From positions 1,580 through 65,579 of the forward strand of contig PKWB01000147.1 of assembly GCA_003131685.1 (NCBI GenBank): a DNA stretch of 64,000 bases, in the 5' to 3' direction. The DNA is from Candidatus Dormiibacterota bacterium (GTDB lineage Bacteria; Chloroflexota; Dormibacteria; Aeolococcales; Aeolococcaceae). Below are positions 59,909 to 64,000 of this stretch, piece after piece. The notes beneath the pieces are model-generated. The model was not told the DNA's origin. It saw only the letters and a program-made list of their open reading frames with translations, and searched no databases. Position numbers and translations under genes: made by a program. The stretch's first letter is position 1, and every line of letters begins with the position of its first letter.

Positions 59909-61461
59909 CAGGGCACCCGGCGCACGGGGCGGAGAAACCCGAAGAGGGAATTGCGCTCTTCGGCGTCCATTGCAAATCGGGCGACGCCCACGACGTAGAC
60001 GATGCCCGCCGGGATGCAGCACGCGGCAATCGTGATCAGCCCTACCGGCTGGATGAACCAGGCCGTGGCCGCGAGGATTGCGGCAAAGACCAGCGCCCAG
60101 ACAAGCACGGGCAGGATGGCCTGACGGACGAACTCGCCAACCCCCATCGAGAGCAGATTGAGCGCAAGCCGGATGTACAGCGGGGCTGTGATGCCGTAGC
60201 CGATGAGCGTTCCGATGATGACACCGGAGATCCCGAGTGGTCGAACCAACGCGATCGAGATCAGGAGGTTGATCACCATCGCGGAGGTGGCGTAGAGGGC
60301 GATGATGCGCATGCGGCCCAGCCCGATCGGGATCGTGTGCGCGATGGTCGCCGAGCTGATGACGAGCTGATACACGAGGAAGAGCTGCGTCGGGCCGCTC
60401 ATGTACGCGTACTGTCCGCCGACCCAGGCGATGATGAGTGGTCGTGCAAGGATCATCGCGGCGATGGTGGCGGGGAAGGAGAGCGCCAGCGTGTAGCGAG
60501 TGCCACGAATCAGCAGCGCACGTAGTCGCACCGTCGACTCGATCGCCGACAGGTTTGCCGCCGCCGGCACCACGGCCTGGGTGGTGAAGGAAAGCGGGTA
60601 TGAAGCCGCGCTCTGGAGCCGGTTGGCGATGTCATATCCGGTGAGCACTCGGACGGGGGCGGCCGATGCAAGGATCACCTTGTCCATTTGGGCCCAGATC
60701 ACACCGCTGATGGCGGCGACGAACGCCCACCCGCTGAACCCTGCCAGCGGCCTGAGCCCTGTTCGGCTGATGAGATGTGGCGACACGCGGAGCTCCGGGC
60801 ACGAGAGCCGCGCCATGAGCGCGTACCCGAGCGCGGAGTAGAAGCTGCTCGCGACAGTGACCGCACCAAACGCGATGACGCCATGGCCGGTACCGAGAAC
60901 CGCCACCACCGCGCCCGCGTACAGCAGCTGCCGGGACATGTCGACGGCCTTGATCCTTCCATACCGCTGGAGACCCTGCAGCAGACCGTAGAAAGCAAGC
61001 CCGGGGAGACTGCAGAGCGCCTCCGCAGCAAAAAGCACGAAGAGCAGACCGAGGGCCGATCGAAGCGATTCCGTTGGTACGTGAAAGAGATGCGCCGCCA
61101 GGACCGCCAGCACGAGCAGGACGAGGGCGGCGGCGACCCCGGTTCCGAGCAGGATGGCCAGCGCCGAGCTCACGACCTGACTCATGCGCTCCCGATCACC
61201 GCGTCCGTCCGCGTCTGCGATGAAGCGACTGACCCCCGCCTGCAGTCCGAGATCAGAGATGCTCAGATACCCGGCAGAGACGGAGAAGCTCAGCGCGAGC
61301 ACGAACACGCCGTAGGAGGTCATGCCGAGGCTTCGGATCGCGAACGCGACCACGAAGAAGTTGATGAGCAGCGAGAGCACGCCCACGATGCCACTGATCA
61401 GGGTGTTGCGGAAGACCCTGCGGCCGTGCGCTATCTCCGGCGGCAGATCGACGGTCGTCAT
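59908..61461 (-). CDS. wzx: Wzx-like oligosaccharide flippase (MOP/polysaccharide biosynthesis protein family)
   Basis: 12-14 TM helices with a Polysacc_synt-type N-terminus (VFRNTLISGIVGVLSLLINFFVVAFAIRSLG). Confidence 0.75.
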   Translation of the reverse strand: MTTVDLPPEIAHGRRVFRNTLISGIVGVLSLLINFFVVAFAIRSLGMTSYGVFVLALSFSVSAGYLSISDLGLQAGVSRFIADADGRGDRERMSQVVSSALAILLGTGVAAALVLLVLAVLAAHLFHVPTESLRSALGLLFVLFAAEALCSLPGLAFYGLLQGLQRYGRIKAVDMSRQLLYAGAVVAVLGTGHGVIAFGAVTVASSFYSALGYALMARLSCPELRVSPHLISRTGLRPLAGFSGWAFVAAISGVIWAQMDKVILASAAPVRVLTGYDIANRLQSAASYPLSFTTQAVVPAAANLSAIESTVRLRALLIRGTRYTLALSFPATIAAMILARPLIIAWVGGQYAYMSGPTQLFLVYQLVISSATIAHTIPIGLGRMRIIALYATSAMVINLLISIALVRPLGISGVIIGTLIGYGITAPLYIRLALNLLSMGVGEFVRQAILPVLVWALVFAAILAATAWFIQPVGLITIAACCIPAGIVYVVGVARFAMDAEERNSLFGFLRPVRRVP

Positions 61462-61474
61462 GCTGCGGCCTGCA

Positions 61475-62242
61475 TCATCCCCCGACGCGCCCGCGTCGCG
61501 CAGCGTCACGCTGAGCGTGGTATCGCTCGTTTCGCAGCGGCAGTCCGGTCTGGTCGCGGAGCGCCGGGTCCATCTCGAAGGCTGCCACGACCGCAGCCAG
61601 GTCGGGAGGTGGCGAGGACGGAAGCTTCGAGAGCAGCGCTTCCACGCGTGCAAGGTCCGCGGGGACATCGACGGTCAAGCGGATCCAGGAGAGGTCGCGA
61701 TCGGACGCCACCCGGACGATGCGGAACATGTCGGGTCGCTCGCGGGTCAGGGCGGTCACGTGTTCGCGCAGATAGCCGGCACTCGCTTCCTTATCGAGAC
61801 GGTCCAGGCACGCAGAAGTGAAGACCTCACAGTCATATCCCTCCGGAAACGTCGGCGGCTCGACGTTGCTCGCGTAATCGGCGTCATCGCGGCTTCGGGC
61901 GCCGATGACCGAGTCCACCACGGCGGGATCAGTGAGCGGACAGTCGGCGGTGATGCGCACGATGACGTCGGCGTCGTGCTCGCGTGCCGCCATGACATAG
62001 CGGGCCAACACATCGTCCTCGGGTCCCCGCGTCACCTCGGCACCCGACGCGCGGGCAAGTGTCGCAACGTCGTCATCGATGCTGCCGTCGGTGGTGGCGA
62101 CGACGACGCGGTCGACCAGCGTCGCGCGCGACACGCGCTCGATGATGTGAGCGAGCATCGGCCGTCCCTGGAGCGGTGCGAGCACCTTGCGTGGGAAGCG
62201 TGTCGATCCTGAGCGCGCCTGGATCACCGCGACGGTGGTCAT
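61475..62242 (-). CDS. pseF: CMP-nonulosonate (pseudaminic acid-type) cytidylyltransferase, PseF/NeuA/SpsF family
   Basis: MTTVAVIQARSGSTRFPRKVL is the hallmark CTP_transf_3 N-terminus. The ORF track's longer N-terminal extension is Arg-rich overread. Confidence 0.85.
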   Translation of the reverse strand: MTTVAVIQARSGSTRFPRKVLAPLQGRPMLAHIIERVSRATLVDRVVVATTDGSIDDDVATLARASGAEVTRGPEDDVLARYVMAAREHDADVIVRITADCPLTDPAVVDSVIGARSRDDADYASNVEPPTFPEGYDCEVFTSACLDRLDKEASAGYLREHVTALTRERPDMFRIVRVASDRDLSWIRLTVDVPADLARVEALLSKLPSSPPPDLAAVVAAFEMDPALRDQTGLPLRNERYHAQRDAARRGRVGG

Positions 62243-63225
62243 CAGGCGGCCCGAGCAGCGACGAGGTGGCGTATCGCCGCAGCGACCCGCGCAGCGCCGC
62301 GTCCATCGACCAGCGCGCGACCGCGCGTCGACATCTCCGCACGCCGAGCGGGATCGTCGAGGAGCGTCAGACACGCCCCGGCGAGTTCCGCCGGGTCAAC
62401 GACGACCGCGCATCCGGCGGCAGCAAGGGCGGCTGCCTGCGCTTCCTGGTTGCTCACCGCAGCGGTGATCACCGAGGGACATCCGACGCACGCGGCCTGG
62501 ACCGCGGTGGTGCCGGCTGCACCAACGTAGACGGTGGCAGTCCCGAGACCGCCGGCGAGGTCTGGTGGTGCAACCAGCAGAGATTCGCGCGGCCAAGCGT
62601 CACCGGCGAGCTCCATCGAGTCGGGCCCGACGACCCTGGTCACGGCCACGGTGGAGTCGCGATCCAGGAGCGCATGACTGACGGAGAGTCCGAGTCCCGC
62701 CGGATCGGTTGCACCGGTTGAAACCAGCACCGTCCGCGGTTCGCGGTCGCCCCGCGAAGCCATCTCGCGCGCGCTCACAACCGACGCGCGGATGAGCGCG
62801 TACGCCGCCCCGCCGAGAAAGGCTCGGGCACCATCGGGTCGCAGCGACTCGCCGCCCGGCGACGGATTGACCGCCAGGTCGCAGTCTGTCGGCAGGCGAA
62901 GGTCGTCCACCACCGTCAGTGGCGCGCGATCGCGAAGCCGTCGCTGGAGCCCGACATCGAAGACATATCCGTCGAGCACGACGGCGTCGAACAGAGGCGA
63001 CGCAGCCAATGCCGAGGCGACACGGAGAGGCGTGTCGCCCTGAGCATCAATGGGGGTGTGACCGCGATCGCTGACACGCCGTCGCAGAGCCGCGTCGCCC
63101 TCGGGGACCAGCACCGACGCCTCGACCTCCGGCCGCAGCGCCTCGGCGAGAGCGAGCATCCGCTCGAGGTGCCCCAGCCCGACGCCGCGGCCGCAGTCGG
63201 CGGCGAGCAACGCCCGCGAGGTCAC
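62242..63225 (-). CDS. pseG: PseG-like UDP-sugar hydrolase (MurG/GT28 C-domain-like, UDP-2,4-diacetamido-2,4,6-trideoxy-L-altropyranose hydrolase family)
   Basis: 327 aa, GT-B two-domain architecture without a membrane anchor. N-terminal GxGH-like (GRGVGLGHLERMLALAEAL). Positioned between pseC and pseF. Confidence 0.65.
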   Translation of the reverse strand: MTSRALLAADCGRGVGLGHLERMLALAEALRPEVEASVLVPEGDAALRRRVSDRGHTPIDAQGDTPLRVASALAASPLFDAVVLDGYVFDVGLQRRLRDRAPLTVVDDLRLPTDCDLAVNPSPGGESLRPDGARAFLGGAAYALIRASVVSAREMASRGDREPRTVLVSTGATDPAGLGLSVSHALLDRDSTVAVTRVVGPDSMELAGDAWPRESLLVAPPDLAGGLGTATVYVGAAGTTAVQAACVGCPSVITAAVSNQEAQAAALAAAGCAVVVDPAELAGACLTLLDDPARRAEMSTRGRALVDGRGAARVAAAIRHLVAARAA

Positions 63226-64000
63226 GACCTGACCGCGCCTGCCGTTGCCCAGACATGGATCCGCTGCAGGGCGAGGACGACGTCGTCCTGGTCGGTGACG
63301 GTCATGGCGGGGTAGAGCGGCAGGGTAATCAGTTGCTCGGACAGTCGCTCGGCGCGCGGCGCGATGCCGGGAACGCCGCCACGCTCGCGGTACAGCGCGA
63401 GCAGGTGCACCGCCGGGTAGTGCAGCGTCGCCTCGATACCCTCGGCGCGCAGCGCGTCGATGACCTCGTCACGATCGCATCCGTAGCCGGCAGGATCGAT
63501 CTCGATCGCGTAGAGGTGCCATGCGCTGCGACGGCCCGGCGGCCGGGGTGGAAGGCCGATGCCGGGAATATCGATGAGGATGGCGTCGTATCGGTCGGCC
63601 AGCTCGCTCCGCTCGGCGACGACGCTGTCGAGGCGGCGCAACTGAGCGATGCCGAGCGCAGCTTGCAGAGCGGTCAGGCGGTGGTTGTTTCCGAGCATGG
63701 TGACGTCGTATTTCCAGAGCGCGCCGGTGCGCTCGTCCGCGGTGCTGGTCATCCCATGGTTGCGCAGCTTGCGAATGCGATCCGCGATGCCCGCGTCCGC
63801 GGCCAGACATGCGCCGCCTTCGCCGGTGGTGATCTGTTTCACGGGGTGGAAGCTGAGCGTGGTGATGTCTGCCAGCGACCCGACCGGACGCCCGTTCAGC
63901 GAGGCGCCGAGCGAGTGCGCGCTATCGGCGATCACCGGAAGTGGCCGGGGCAGCGCCGCTTTGAGGGCGGCAACGTCCGATGGGAGACCCGAGTAATCGA
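63222..64000 (-). CDS. pseC: DegT-family aminotransferase, PseC-like (UDP-4-amino-4,6-dideoxy-N-acetyl-beta-L-altrosamine transaminase type). 5' end lies beyond the window.
   Basis: PLP-lysine motif SFHPVKQITTGEGG. The frame stays open upstream of the ORF-track Met to the window edge (…LPVIADSAHSLGA). Confidence 0.85.
   Translation of the reverse strand, partial: DYSGLPSDVAALKAALPRPLPVIADSAHSLGASLNGRPVGSLADITTLSFHPVKQITTGEGGACLAADAGIADRIRKLRNHGMTSTADERTGALWKYDVTMLGNNHRLTALQAALGIAQLRRLDSVVAERSELADRYDAILIDIPGIGLPPRPPGRRSAWHLYAIEIDPAGYGCDRDEVIDALRAEGIEATLHYPAVHLLALYRERGGVPGIAPRAERLSEQLITLPLYPAMTVTDQDDVVLALQRIHVWATAGAVRS

Noticed and set aside
61475-62374. Extended 299-aa version of the cytidylyltransferase and 586-aa version of the flippase
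   Set aside because: The N-terminal extensions are Arg/Cys-rich and overlap upstream genes. Conserved family N-termini (MTTVAVIQARSGSTRFPRKVL; MTTVDLPPE…) mark the real starts.

Overview
The window is high-GC (about 70%) and looks like a monoderm, actinobacterial-type chromosome. SBP and DUF11 proteins carry lipobox signal peptides, the rplU-rpmA-obg-nadD-rsfS synteny is present, and a ClgR-like regulator sits next to clpP. I found no rRNA, tRNA, CRISPR array or recognisable transposase or integrase.

Layout:
- 1-13.5 kb: housekeeping. Two polytopic membrane proteins, Maf, a DUF11 lipoprotein, L21, L27, Obg, NadD, RsfS, a rhomboid protease, a hypothetical protein, class A PBP, an orphan AAA+ ATPase and OsmC/Ohr.
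- 13.5-17.3 kb: a GT87/DUF2029-like membrane glycosyltransferase, divergent from a large GT-C-like membrane protein.
- 17.3-28.6 kb: a catabolic module. GntR and malonyl-CoA decarboxylase are translationally coupled on the minus strand. Divergent from them are a Liv-type ABC importer (SBP, two permeases, two ATPases), a family III CoA-transferase and a roughly 990-aa fused FAD/Fe-S/CCG oxidase (YdiJ-like). A response-regulator receiver-domain remnant follows the oxidase.
- 28.7-30.6 kb: ClgR-like HTH overlapping clpP, then a MOSC protein.
- 30.6-64 kb: a 33-kb cell-envelope glycan island. It holds a D-Ala-D-Ala carboxypeptidase, a WbaP-like priming phosphotransferase, nucleotide-sugar dehydrogenase and epimerases, three GT2 enzymes (two of the polyprenyl-phosphate-sugar synthase type), a split transketolase, three SAM methyltransferases and a WecE-like aminotransferase with a GNAT. 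It also holds at least three paralogous roughly 700-aa GT-C-like membrane proteins and two TagF/KpsC-like HP-motif transferases. A pseudaminic-acid-type nonulosonate pathway (PseC, PseG, PseF, Wzx, a PseH-like GNAT, PseI) sits with an AAC(3)-family acetyltransferase and a DUF4910 protein.

The most interesting hypothesis is an undescribed extracytoplasmic glycosylation system: polyprenyl-P-sugar synthases feeding a family of GT-C paralogs, capped or decorated with a modified pseudaminic-acid-like sugar and methylated or ketose-derived sugars.

Three genes have conserved N-terminal motifs encoded upstream of any canonical start codon: obg, an SDR epimerase and a GT-C-like gene.
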